Assembly (NCBI GenBank): GCA_010015805.1
Contig: ML978121.1
Location: forward strand, 2,294,001-2,358,000
DNA from: Rhizodiscina lignyota
Lineage: Eukaryota
Direction of reading: 5' to 3'
DNA length: 64,000 bases
Of the stretch, positions 23,473-35,214 are shown in pieces. The stretch's first letter is position 1. Each line of letters begins with the position of its first letter. The position numbers and the translations under genes are program-made. The notes below the pieces were generated by a model. It was not told where the DNA came from, made no database searches, and was given only the letters and a program-made list of their open reading frames with translations.

Positions 23473-24810
23473 ATGGAGACGAGGCGTCCTATATTGGACG
23501 CCATCGGTCCTGCCGTTCTGAACGTATCCTTCAGTAGTGACAATACGTGCTTTGCGGTTGCCATCGAGGATGGCTTCAAGATATACACCTCCGCAGACTG
23601 CGAACTGCGAGATGGGCGGGATACCGAGGACGGCGTCGCCATTGCAGAAATGCTTGGTACGACACGATATCTTGCTCTAGTGGGCGGTGGCCGACAACCA
23701 AAGTTCCCTACAAACAAGGTACCTTAGATGCGCTCCATAGTTGTCTGTGCCATAGCCGAAGCTGAGGTTGACTCTGTGACGTAGGTCATCATCTGGTGTC
23801 AACGGACCCAACGTCCTCTCCAAACTCTGTCCTTCTCTGTCCCTGTCATCCGCGTCCATGTCAACAAATCGCATTACCTCGTGGCTCTGCAAGACTCCAT
23901 AAACCTTTACGCGAATCCTCAAAACGGTGCAGTAGCCCCTGCTAAGCTATCGTACCACCACACTACATCAAACCCATACGGCCTCTGTTGCCTTGGCCAG
24001 AAGTTCACGACATTCTTAGGCCAGCGACCAGGCCAGGTATGGGTGGTGGAGCTTCCCTCGCAAGGCAGAAAGGGAGACATCGGCATCATCCCTGCTCACA
24101 CGAGCTCTCTGCGAGCACTGGCGATGAGCAAAGATGAAGAGTACATTGCCACGGCCAGCGAGAAAGGCACTATAATACGGGTATTCAGTACATCCACGTC
24201 TGCAAAAATCGCTGAGTTTCGACGCGGTATTGATCCTGCAATCGTCTATGGTCTCGCCTTTTCTCCTGGCAATGGTCGACTCGCTGCTACTTCGGACAAA
24301 GGCACCCTGCATATCTTTGAGCTGCAATCAGTTAGTAAAGCACCAACTACAGCTTCAAAGTCCAGCGCTGCATCCACCATTTCTGGCCGGTCTTCTTCTA
24401 GTAGTCCTCCAAGCAATGGTGACGACTGGGAAACCGTATCAAGCGGCGGTCCACCAGAACCAAAATGGGGCGCCCTAGCATCAGTCCCAATAGCGCCTCG
24501 CATCTTCCGCGACACTTACTCCTCCGCATCATGTCCCTTCGAACTCGGTGACGAACCAGATAGATGGCAAGCTGGACGTATTGGATCCATGTCAACCATG
24601 TCTCCCAGAGACGGGAAATGGAACGTTGAGGTGCCAGGTTGGCCAGGAGGGAGGCCGCCGAAGGGCATTGTGGGCTGGCTGAGTGAGGAAGAGCTTGTTG
24701 TGATTGGGGCAGGGCAGAGCAGTCTGTGGCAGAGCTTCATTGTTCAGAAGAATAGCGAGGGGAAGTTGGTTTGTGGTAGGAGGGGATGGAAGAAGATCAA
24801 TGACCACTAG
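23473..24810 (+). CDS. HSV2: PROPPIN WD40 protein, Hsv2/Atg18 family
   Basis: Intron at ~23719-23784. Motifs LALVGGGRQPKFP, AHTSSL and ATASEKGTIIRVF, phosphoinositide-binding FRRG, and SDKGTLHIF. Confidence 0.85.
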
Positions 24811-26240
24811 AGATGTTCTGTACAATATGCATCTGGAGGAGTCAAGGCGCAGACCCTGCCACAGGATCCATGTCTCGCATGAGTAGTTTTATGCACATTC
24901 TTATGGATTTGTGATCCTCGAGCGTTTCTCAAAGAGCTTTCTCTTATTAGCACAATCTAAAAGACGATTCAGCCATACATCTCCAACGATTCCATTCGTG
25001 AGAGCGGTCTTTTTGCTTCAATAAAGATCATTTTCAACAATCTCAGACCGACACCCGACCGACACCCCAACCTCCTCGACTTTCAATCCCACCCCCAGGA
25101 TTACTGCCCCCGGGAAAGGCATAAGCGAAAATGTTAAGTATGATTCATCATCGTTGCTGGCACGCGCTACGCCAGCGGTGTTTTATGATGATGACCTTCA
25201 CCTTGTAACGGTGCAGGCGTACACATGCTAAGACGGTTCGTCTTAGGTCCATTACTCGAGACACACTTCTCCACACGATCATGGGCTCCAGTGTAAAATA
25301 TGGATATGCGAGAATCAAGTGACCGACTAGCTAGAAACTTCTTATAATGCTTACCGCTACGGCTAACCACACATGATTTTCCACCCCTTCTTGATTGAGA
25401 TATCCTGCTACAAAATTGGAGAAGGATCATTTACATGAATACAGATGACTATCCCACGTATCTCACCCCAAACGTTGGTTGAGCGCGGTGCTGATTTCAT
25501 CTGCCATCCCGTGTTGTTTCGTATTTTCTTTCACTTTTTTGCATTACTCAAATCACTTATTTATATGGCAATATTCCTTTTAATGGCTTTGCCCTGTTGA
25601 GTCGCCTCGGCCAACTACGAAGCTGTTGCCTAGCGCCTGGCCCAGAGCACCTGTCGTCCGAGTCTCGTGGTCCCGCCGCGAAAGAGTTTATAGTGGTTTA
25701 TCAACTAAAAGTAATCCAGCACCGACCGCACTTCATAAATACGACAGCGCCCAGATGGCTTTTTTCCTTTTTCCTTTTTCCTTTTTTGCAAAGCAGCCAC
25801 GAACGACGCCGACTACCGGAACTGGTTCTTCTAGTCAGGCTGGTACGTGAAGGCCACGGGACCTTCCCAACGATCATCGGGCTTCTGTGGACTATCAAGG
25901 TGCGATCCTCACCATGATGTGGTGGTAAACCGCACTGCCGGTTTGTTGTAATAATCATCCCCTTGCCATAACGATGCGGATGTGGAAACCAAGGGCACGA
26001 ACACCGATGACCCGAACTTGGAGAGCAAGAAGTTCCCTAGCTCTTTCTGAATGTCCCGGCAGTAGATTGTAAGCAAACAACAATTTATACCGCAATATGT
26101 CTCGCGCTTCTATGGCTACCTAGGACTCGTGGCTCCGATGATGATAGACCATGCTAACAGGCGAATCGTTGAACGAGGATTCCATTTTGCGAATTGAGAG
26201 GACTTTATACACCTACAGATTTACAGATAATTATACATAC

Positions 26241-27232
26241 CTAGAGCATGCCTCTTCTCCAGGCCTTAGTCGCCAGTGCCTCAATTTTTGGCACTTCCAC
26301 AACTCCTTTGATAGTATGATCGCCTACTGCTTCAATTATTGCTTCCGCCACTACATCGGCCTTCAGCGGCTTCACACCTCCAGCGCCCATGAATCCGCTC
26401 AATACTCCTCCAGTGAGGCCATTGAACATCGAGCCCACGGTCGTGGCAGCCGCAAGGCCCAGTGTGATCGTTCTGCTGGAGTCGTACATCATGCCCGGCC
26501 TGATGAATATCGATCGCATGTCTGGGAATGATTTCGATATCGTCGACTCGGCAGCGCGTTTGGTATTGATGTAGCGTGCTGGTAGAATCGGCGCTCCGCC
26601 TGCAGCTGAGATGTAAACGAAGGAAGACACCTTCTGCGCATTACTCTCTCGGGCGAGCAAGATGGCAGAGTCCCGATTCATGAGCTCGTATGTTATCTGT
26701 CCATCCTTCTCCTGCGGTTCTAAGTCTTCTCCTTCTTTCCGCTCCAATGGGTTCTGACTCCCCATTTTCGTGGCGGAGAATGCTCGCTGAAGACCTCTGA
26801 TGGGGCTTTCACGACCAGATATTACCCTTTTGTAATCCGCTTCAAGAAGTATGCCCATAGAATGAACTACAGCATCTGCACCGGAAAGGAAGGGATCGTA
26901 GGTGGAAGGCTTTAGGATATCGGCTCGTTCCCACTGAACGGATTTCGACCATGAAGGTGGTGTCGATGAAGCAGTGACATATTGCCATTGAGGCTCACCA
27001 GAGCGACTACGTGTCTCTCAGCAATCGTTTTGGTCATGAAGATAAACTTTGAAGTCGTACCTGACCGCAGTGACGTCCCAGTTTCTGGCAACAGCTGCTT
27101 TGCAAACGCGACTACCTGAGGAAAGCGTAATTCCGTGAGAATGAGACCATCAAACGCGCGCATATCAGAGCACATACCTAGAAACCCACTTCCTCCACAA
27201 ACAACAATCTTCTTCTTCACCGCAGCCGCCAT
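26241..27232 (-). CDS. COQ11: Atypical SDR / NAD-dependent epimerase, COQ11 (YLR290C)-like
   Basis: KKIVVCGGSGFLGSRVCK is rebuilt across introns. Motifs VVHSMGILLEADYK, FVYISAA, YINTKRAAE and RPGMMYD. Confidence 0.8.
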
Positions 27233-27725
27233 TATTGCTGCAACCGAAGCTCCATCAGCTCGGTGAACTTTTCTCGAATCGTTGACATCAGGACACTCGG
27301 AAAGAGCCGATAGGGCTGCAGGGATGGCAAGCCACGACGATCAGGTTCGTTGGTTCAAGTTTAATGCGCTCAACCTGGAAAACGTCCCCGACCACGCGCT
27401 TTCGGTGCCAGCCATCGACGATCCAGACGAAGAACTCTTATATTTCGGTCCAGGTCCTGTGGATGCGATTCGCAAGCAGCTTCCAGTCGACAATTCTGCA
27501 AACGATTCTGATCAACAGGCGGCTAACGTTGCGCCTTCTCAACTTCTTCAGGGAGCTCCACAACCAGAGCACGTCTCGCACGCGGTACTTCCATCAGCAC
27601 GACTTTCGCACCTAGAACTCTACCCAGCACCGCCAGTCTGGTACGACGACGCACCCATATCACCGGCACCAGACCCAGCCAGGAAGAAACAGCGTACTAA
27701 GAAGTCGGGTGCCTCAAAGGCCGCC

Positions 27726-28544
27726 ATGAGCACTCCTCAAAAGCGTCGCGTTAAGGGCAAGCGAATCTCTCGCCGCTTCATCGTCGGGAACGAGGCCTGG
27801 CCTGTCAGCGATGCCGACCGCGCAAAGAATCCAGGCATTCCTGAAAATTATAAGATCAAGTGGCGCCTGTACCTGCGCAATGTCGAAGGCGGACCGGACC
27901 TCAGCACGTGGCTGGACAGAGTCACCTTCAAGATCCACGATGACTTCAAGCCCAACAACAACCGCATGATCGAGAATCCGCCCTTCGAGTTCATTGAGTT
28001 CGGCTTCGGTGGTTTCTTCATCGATGTGCGCTTGCACTTCAAGACAGTGGTGGGGGAGCGTCCGGTTTGGCGCCACCAGGTACACTTCCTGCAGCTTGAG
28101 CCGTATGGCAATGAGGAACAGAGGGCCGCGCAAGTTGCGAATGGCAATCACGTCATCAGCGAAACGCTTGAGGTCATCGAGTTCAACGAGCCATACGCGG
28201 AGCTATGGGATGCCCTCACATCGGAGAACCAATGGGACTACCTTGAGCAACAGAAGGCAGCGGCGCAGCGCGGAAGAGGCAAAGGCAAGGGACAGGCAGC
28301 GTACAAACTCCCGCCGGGACAAGTGGCGAAAGATGAGTTGGGCAACGAGAGAACGGTGGAGTTGAAGGAGAAGGGCACACACAAGGATCCATACAGCAAG
28401 GCGATGGAGAAGGAGATGCTGGATCTGATCAAGCGTGCATCGGACGAGGTGGACAAGGAGATGGCAGAGGTGAACAAGAAGCGCGAGAATGTGGAGAGGC
28501 AGCTTGCGGAGCTGAAGGCGAGTGGTGATCTGAAGAAGAAATGA
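27726..28544 (+). CDS. YAF9: YEATS-domain protein, Yaf9-like (upstream in-frame ATG at 27324 is possible)
   Basis: Motifs KRRVKG...FIVG, VTFKIH, PPFE..E.GFGGF and HFLQLEPYG, plus a C-terminal coiled coil. GCCGCCATG context at 27726. Confidence 0.8.
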   Translation: MSTPQKRRVKGKRISRRFIVGNEAWPVSDADRAKNPGIPENYKIKWRLYLRNVEGGPDLSTWLDRVTFKIHDDFKPNNNRMIENPPFEFIEFGFGGFFIDVRLHFKTVVGERPVWRHQVHFLQLEPYGNEEQRAAQVANGNHVISETLEVIEFNEPYAELWDALTSENQWDYLEQQKAAAQRGRGKGKGQAAYKLPPGQVAKDELGNERTVELKEKGTHKDPYSKAMEKEMLDLIKRASDEVDKEMAEVNKKRENVERQLAELKASGDLKKK

Positions 28545-29242
28545 GCTGTTGCACAAGGTCACTTTGGGTAGACCAGTTTGGGCAATGGGTCGCCTGAAGA
28601 AGGCATGAGACTCTGACGGCCCTATCTCGATTTGTCGGGATTTTGTTTTATTGCATAGCGTAAGGATGGGAAATACCAGGAAGGCATACGACGTGTGGGT
28701 ACATGTCGCTGTGAAAATAAAGGTTCGGCTCAAATACTCTTGTTGCTGTTCACCAGTGTGCTCTATCCCACTGCCCTGTTAATCTTAGCAAGGTCGACAA
28801 ATCACAAAGTCAGTCGAAATGCTTCTCAGTTTACATTCAGGAATAACGTAAGATTCGCTGATCTCATACCAGTTCCCCTTCTATTCTGGTAGGAGCGTCT
28901 CCAGTAGACTCTGCTCTTAACGGTGATGGAGTGTTTCGCGTTGCAATTCCGGTCCACGCTCCTTCCCAATGCCGACGTCGCGACTGCCATTTCTATCCTC
29001 GACCGCTTCTCTGGTTGTATTCTTCATTTCGCACTCACCCGTCCTTTCTTCCATCATGCCGCAACATGGTTGATTGGCTTCCTTAGCAGACCATGCAGCG
29101 TCCTTTCTTGCATGAAAAGGCGCACCAGTGTCATCAGCAAGTTCGTCCCGTTAACATGATATTCTCATCCCCAAGTTCTCCTTTGTGATCACGGAGGACT
29201 ATCATCAAACAGTCTCGAAGCGAATGATAGAACCGTTGAGCT

Positions 29243-32200
29243 ATGCTTCCGCGCTCTTCAAGCGACGCCGCAATCCGTTTACGTCGGACGAAGTCGTCTT
29301 CATCCGTTCAGAGAAGCCCTCCTGCCCACCTCACCGAGCCTTTCGATGCAGAAGCTGCGCAACACCATGCTCAAATCGCAGCCCTCACCGCATATGAAAA
29401 AGCTCATGGACGTCGAGATCCAATGTACTCTGTTCCAAACAGCGCAGCACCAAGACGAAGTCGAAGGTCTTCCAATGCATCCGAGGGCAGGCATTTAGTG
29501 GCACACCGTGAGAGCGGGCGACGAAACACAGTTTCCACAGCAAACAGCAGACCTGGAAGCGAGGCAAGGCTTCAAGTTCCTGAGAGGCAACAGTCAGTAG
29601 CTGGGAGTACAGCGACATCTCGACCTAGCCTCAGGCTCGTGCCGTCTTCCAGGGCCACGTCGAGAGCACGCACTCATACTATTTCTGAGGCCGAAACATC
29701 AGTATTGGCTCCGCCAAGATACGTGCGCAAGGCGCAGTCTTCCATCGATTTCACTGAGAAGACATCTGGGGTAAACAAGGAGCAACTGCTCAACGAGTAC
29801 GTCAAAAGCCAACAGGACATCATTTATGACAACCACGAGTCGACACTACAAAGCATATCGGAGTGCGACCTGCAAGCCTTGCCGCAAATAAACGAGCGAG
29901 TCTTTTCTCCATTCATCGGGCAAAACTCATTAGACCCCATTCTGGAACCGGAGGAAGAGCCTGCAGAAAGGCTTGTGCGCAAGCGTACATCCTTCATCTC
30001 TACACCATTCGCTGGCCGTGGCCGATCAAATACTTATGAGCCCGTTCACACAACTACCACGAGTATTGTGACTTACGACAACATGCATCATTCTACGACG
30101 CATACGGAAAGTGCGTCCAACCTGCCAGCGTATGAGCTTCCGCCTAACCGTAAGACTCGCTCGATGTCGTCCACCCTACGAGACAAGATCATGCGAGTTT
30201 TTCGTAGATCGTCGCAGACCCAGCCCGCAGCACCTTTGCCACAACAGCAAGTCGTGGCCAGTCGTGCACATTTCGGCGATCTTTGGGATGTTACTCCGAC
30301 TTATTTCTCGTCAACTGCTGCAGATATTCCTCCTCAAGGTGTGGATACGCTTTCACGTCCTAGGTCTCGGACACTCTCTTTGAATCAAATTCACCCCGAA
30401 GCGGGACAGGCTCTTGGCTCTCGTCAGTCAAGTGGTTCATCGCGGAAGACCGAAACTCAGACTCGGTCTAGGGTAACTAGCTGGACGGATTCAACAGCCG
30501 CTGATACTATCAGGACCGGTCATAACAAGCGGTTGTCTGTTATTGATGAATACGGCATGCCCCGCCCAGTCAGAGAACTCGGCCAGGTCGAAGAGGAGGG
30601 GAACAATCTAGCACCGGTGGCGACCCCGATGCTGGGACGTAGAATTTATGACCGACTAATGAGACGACAGAGCGAAGCTGCAACAGTGGCAGCGTCTGAA
30701 AATGAAATCCAGAGTGCTTCTCCCGATATCGCAGATACGAGATCCAATAATGAGCGAGTATGCACACCATTACCTGCAGGCGCTTCCGCAGTATCAGTCC
30801 ATGCTACGCTTCCTTCCAAGCAGCGAAGAGTGAGCTCCCTAGCAAGTCGGGCCAGGGAAGCAGCGAAGAGCACCATCCGTGCCGTGACACCAGACAGTAG
30901 ACGTGTCTCAAGTCGCGCCAGTCATCGCAAAGAGATCTCATCTCCGTTGCCGCCTACTCGTCAAATGGAGGAAGAAGCTGCGTTCACGTTCGATCCATTG
31001 CCCGGTGGATTCCCCACACCACCACGTTTTCTGCCAGCATATCGTACTGGATCAACTGAGGACATTGCTCCGACGGCCGCACAGGTTGCAAACCGTGTTG
31101 CACGAAGCCGAGATAGATGGAAGTCGCCCCTTGATGTGCGCGCGGAGAAACTCCCTCCTATATCAGCGAGAGACTTTGCCAAGCGATGTCCTCAGCAAGA
31201 TGCAGTGCTTCGGACTAGCTCGAAGTCAAACGTAAATGTGCTCCACAGCGAATTGGACACCGTGAACGGTCGGTTGCAGAATGATATCAACGCAATTTTC
31301 AGTCCAGTAGAACGACCGGCTTCGCGCAGCGATCTACACGGTACCATTTCGCCGAGCCTCTACTCTCGCGCCACCGACGACTACTCACCGGTGAAACGGG
31401 GTGACAATGACAGCATTGTGTCATTGGATCACCAGACTCCATTTCCCAACCTTGAAGCAGGTACAGCCGTTGTACTTCCTAGCTATCGCATCTCTCCAGG
31501 ATCAGCCAGCCCAAAGAAGTCAGCTTTGAAGCACAAGCCGACGCATTCGGTCCAAAGTAGCAGAGACTGGCGTGCCTGGTTGAGCAATGAGGTTGCGGAA
31601 TTGGAGACCCGCGAAAAGTTTGAGCTTGGGGGTGACTTTGTGATGAGATTTGCAGAGCAGAAAAGAGATCCGGACCGAGATTATGTGCGTATTGAAGAAG
31701 AGTATGGCAGTGAGTATCAGCGGAATAGCCGAAAGTCAAGCACAGGTCCCAGCATGATAGGCAGCTGGAACGGCAGTGCCCTGAGTGGGCACAGGAGAGA
31801 ACATGCTCAAATCGTTGACGGCGAGGGTACGCATATGGATATTGAAGCAGTTCTCGACATGTATAAGAGGAAAGCGTCAGGAGCGTCGGCGATCTCACAA
31901 GAAGCCACGACTTCGAGGAGAGTCTCCAATGCCAGCGGCATCCTTCGGAAGCCGGTCACGGCACTTACAAAGGTGGAGAAAGATAGTGATCAGAGCAAAG
32001 AAAAGACGGAAGAGAAGGGCAAGGGAAAGGAAAGCGAAAGACCACCTTTGGTTGAGCGTTCATCAAGCCGCATGAACGATCGCTTCCCGATGCTTGATAC
32101 TGGCCGGCCGCCGAGCAGGACCAACCACTTGAAGCCGCCCAGCTCGGCCTCGGAGCAACGAGCTCCATCAGCAGCCTCGTCGAGGCAGCCGCAGGACAAG

Positions 32201-33058
32201 AACAAAGAAAATGTGCCGATTGTTGAAGTACCGATAGCTGAGAGGTCGACATCGGTTTTCCTGACGTCCTCCAGCCAAACGGCATCCAACACCCTCACCG
32301 TACCCGAGAATCCCCTTTTATCTGGAGCCCATAAGCCGAAGAGCATGATCCCACTCCGAACAAGAACGGAGCCTTCCTCATCGCAGCCCAGATCGAGGGA
32401 GTCGAGAAAGCGTTCGCACAATAGAACACAGACTCCAGTCATCACTCAGCAAAATGGAGACGAGAACATGCCGCCATCACAGCAATTGTCGGTGACACCG
32501 ACCATCTCCGTGACTCCACATTCGTCAAACAAGGGCTTCGTCACACCGTCGACAAGGAGTGCTCGAGATAGTCTGCCCAGTTCTCCTCCTCGGCCTAGAT
32601 CCACAGCGGATTTGCATGATATACGCTCTGCCATGGACAGCAACGTTGATGCCAGCGCAAATGACAGCGAGAGTGGAACCGGGCGCGGACCGCGCCCCGT
32701 CTCAGTGCAGTCCATTCGTCGCAAGCCACTCGCCACAGCTTCAAGACCCAGTCTCTTCGACGATGCAACAGTCAGGCGGATTGTCGAGGGACCTTATGCG
32801 AGAGACGCCAGTAGCATTAGTAAGGAGAACAGGCCTGCCACGCCCAAGAGCCTGAGGACGAAAAAGAGTACCGGGAGTATTGGCGGCTCTAGCGGAGTTT
32901 ATGTGTATACTCCCACTGGCGGACAGAAGATGGCGGATGAGTGGTTGAAGAGGAGGATTGGTGGGGGCGTATATGGAGCTGCTGTGGGTACCAGTCATAT
33001 AGGAGAGAGTGGTGCTAGTGAGTGGAGCGATGAGGCTGGAAGCCCAAGGTTTGTATGA
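29243..33058 (+). CDS. Large Ser/Arg/Pro-rich, likely disordered hypothetical protein (1271 aa)
   Basis: Uninterrupted 3.8-kb ORF with low-complexity composition and short motif-like islands (RVTSWTDST, SPSLYSR, DWRAWLS, HRREHAQI). Confidence 0.8.
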   Translation: MLPRSSSDAAIRLRRTKSSSSVQRSPPAHLTEPFDAEAAQHHAQIAALTAYEKAHGRRDPMYSVPNSAAPRRSRRSSNASEGRHLVAHRESGRRNTVSTANSRPGSEARLQVPERQQSVAGSTATSRPSLRLVPSSRATSRARTHTISEAETSVLAPPRYVRKAQSSIDFTEKTSGVNKEQLLNEYVKSQQDIIYDNHESTLQSISECDLQALPQINERVFSPFIGQNSLDPILEPEEEPAERLVRKRTSFISTPFAGRGRSNTYEPVHTTTTSIVTYDNMHHSTTHTESASNLPAYELPPNRKTRSMSSTLRDKIMRVFRRSSQTQPAAPLPQQQVVASRAHFGDLWDVTPTYFSSTAADIPPQGVDTLSRPRSRTLSLNQIHPEAGQALGSRQSSGSSRKTETQTRSRVTSWTDSTAADTIRTGHNKRLSVIDEYGMPRPVRELGQVEEEGNNLAPVATPMLGRRIYDRLMRRQSEAATVAASENEIQSASPDIADTRSNNERVCTPLPAGASAVSVHATLPSKQRRVSSLASRAREAAKSTIRAVTPDSRRVSSRASHRKEISSPLPPTRQMEEEAAFTFDPLPGGFPTPPRFLPAYRTGSTEDIAPTAAQVANRVARSRDRWKSPLDVRAEKLPPISARDFAKRCPQQDAVLRTSSKSNVNVLHSELDTVNGRLQNDINAIFSPVERPASRSDLHGTISPSLYSRATDDYSPVKRGDNDSIVSLDHQTPFPNLEAGTAVVLPSYRISPGSASPKKSALKHKPTHSVQSSRDWRAWLSNEVAELETREKFELGGDFVMRFAEQKRDPDRDYVRIEEEYGSEYQRNSRKSSTGPSMIGSWNGSALSGHRREHAQIVDGEGTHMDIEAVLDMYKRKASGASAISQEATTSRRVSNASGILRKPVTALTKVEKDSDQSKEKTEEKGKGKESERPPLVERSSSRMNDRFPMLDTGRPPSRTNHLKPPSSASEQRAPSAASSRQPQDKNKENVPIVEVPIAERSTSVFLTSSSQTASNTLTVPENPLLSGAHKPKSMIPLRTRTEPSSSQPRSRESRKRSHNRTQTPVITQQNGDENMPPSQQLSVTPTISVTPHSSNKGFVTPSTRSARDSLPSSPPRPRSTADLHDIRSAMDSNVDASANDSESGTGRGPRPVSVQSIRRKPLATASRPSLFDDATVRRIVEGPYARDASSISKENRPATPKSLRTKKSTGSIGGSSGVYVYTPTGGQKMADEWLKRRIGGGVYGAAVGTSHIGESGASEWSDEAGSPRFV

Positions 33059-34313
33059 TTTGCTAAGATCATGTGGAGAAGAGAGGGGCTCTGAGATTCG
33101 CAGAATGGCTAAGCAACGGGGAAAATATGGTTTAAGGAAGAAAGACCAGGCAACCAGTTGAAGCAAGTGTCGCGATACGCATAAACTGCAACTGAGTATT
33201 GCTACTAATCACAAATAGAGAATAGCATTGATAGTGGAATGAGTATATTTGAGACTGACTAGTCCCACAAATATACGAAATTCCGCGATGCTGTAATATC
33301 GAAGCAACAAATAGGAGACTACCTTTCAACATCCACTTTCCACCTTTCCTCTTCAGGACAGCTTATTAGATGCGACACAATTCCAGTCACTTTTCCGACG
33401 GTAATGGATTATCCCACTCCACACTGAGCTCGTAAGATTCGCTCGCTCTTTATCCCACTTGAGGAATGAAGTCCATTATACTCGACGCTCAAATGCGAGG
33501 TTTCTGCGATGATACGGCCGAATTCCTCTAATTCCAGAGATCATTCCGTCAAAAAGAAAAAGGGGGGGGAGATCTGTAGCCCTCGTTCGTACGTCTTGAA
33601 TCGCCAGGGCAGCATAATGCCAAGCAGGGAATGATCTATCAGCACTACAGACGTCTCTTGCAGAGTCGGGTAAGACTGATCTCAAAAGTAGAGGTTGAAT
33701 TGCCGTTGGGGTGTGTACCGTACGTCCAAGAAGGGGCGGGTTAATTCCGTACGATGCTCGAAAGGGACGGTGGAATTATTAAGAATGGAGGATTGTTAGA
33801 TAAGCAGCTCGAGCGTCGGAGAAAAACCAAGTTGCTGATTGGACGATTGTTAATCTTCAGTAGCGACCAAGCCACTCAAGCGGATCCGGAGCATGACCTA
33901 GCCGGCCCGACCATTCTACGCCAGGGGACATTGGTATGCTGGTGGTTTGAGGTTGTGGAGAACGTCCACCACTTCATGATGTCAAAATGGTGGCGCCCAA
34001 AGACGCCATACGAGCCGCTTTCGGCAGTACAGCGAGGTGAATAGAGCCACTAAGCAAGTGACTTATTATTAAGTCTTTCATAATTTCGCTCGCTCGCTTG
34101 GGTGGTGTGCCGAGATTCCAAAGCATTTTTTTTCCTACCGTCGTCTTTGCCCTACACGGCAGCACACTGGAGAGTTCGTGAAGGCAGCTTAACCGCTTCC
34201 AATTAGCCACTTTCCCTCCCACCATTCCATAAACTGTCGAGCTGTCTCGTTCCAATCCAAGTGCCGTTCCGCCGTTTCAGCAGTCAAGCTCATAATTCCT
34301 TCCGAATCACATC

Positions 34314-35214
34314 ATGTTGTCCCTACGTGCCCCACTTACTCGTGCCTCAGGCCAATTATCAAGCACTGCGACTGTATTCCGCGGTGGAAGGGTATATAGC
34401 TCTTTCTCTTCTTCAGTTATTGCCCACCATTCAGCTCCAGTTGTATCCTCTGTGCACTCATCAAACCTCGGAACACCAAGCTCTCAGTCAACCCGCAACT
34501 TCACATCAACTTCCACAATGGCGTCCAAGCTCTCTTTCCTCGACGCGATCAAGAATCGCCGCACATACTATCAGATCAATAAGAACGTCCCAATCTCTGA
34601 CGCTAAGATCGAAGAGCTTGTCAAGTTTGCCGTCGAAAATGTTCCCAGCAGCTTCAACAGCCAGTCCGCTCGCCTGGTCGTCCTGCTCAAGGCCGAGCAC
34701 GACAAGTTCTGGGACTATGTCCTCGAGCTCTTGAAGCCGATGGTTCCAGCTGAGCAGCTGCCTAACACCGAGCAGAGGATCGGAGGATTCAAGGCCGGCT
34801 ACGGCACCGTAAGTGTTCCATAATACACAAACTACAATCAGACGTGCCATCACATCTACATTCTCCCGAACAATCACTAACAGTCACCGTCAGATCCTCT
34901 TCTACGAAGATCCCGAGCCCATCCAAGCCCTCCAGAAGCAGTTCGCCATCTACGCCGACAAGTTTCCTCAGTGGTCCGAACACACCTCCGCCATGCACCA
35001 GTTCGCGCTGTGGACTGCGCTTGAAGCCGAAGGCCTCGGAGCCAACTTGCAGCACTACAACCCTGTCATCGACCTGAAGGCGAGCACTGAGTGGAAGATC
35101 CCAGTCGAGTGGAGCTTGAAGGCACAGCTCGTGTTTGGCGGTCGTGGTGGCGCGCCCGGCGAGAAGAAGTTCAAGCCTATTGAGGGCGAGAGGCTGTTCG
35201 TTTACGGAAAATAG
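34314..35214 (+). CDS. Nitroreductase family protein (Frm2/Hbn1-like)
   Basis: Motifs RRTYY, PSSFNSQSAR, AGYGT|ILFYED and LGANLQHYNP. Intron at 34809-34893. A second in-frame ATG lies at 34518. Confidence 0.92.

Noticed and set aside
25420..25500. U3 snoRNA box A-like or 18S rRNA 3'-end-like GAAGGATCATT
   Set aside because: Only a ~10-nt match; the flanking U3 boxes and rRNA context are absent.
24811..26240. Telomerase RNA as the identity of the structured intergenic region
   Set aside because: No TAACCC/CCCTAA template sequence was found on either strand.
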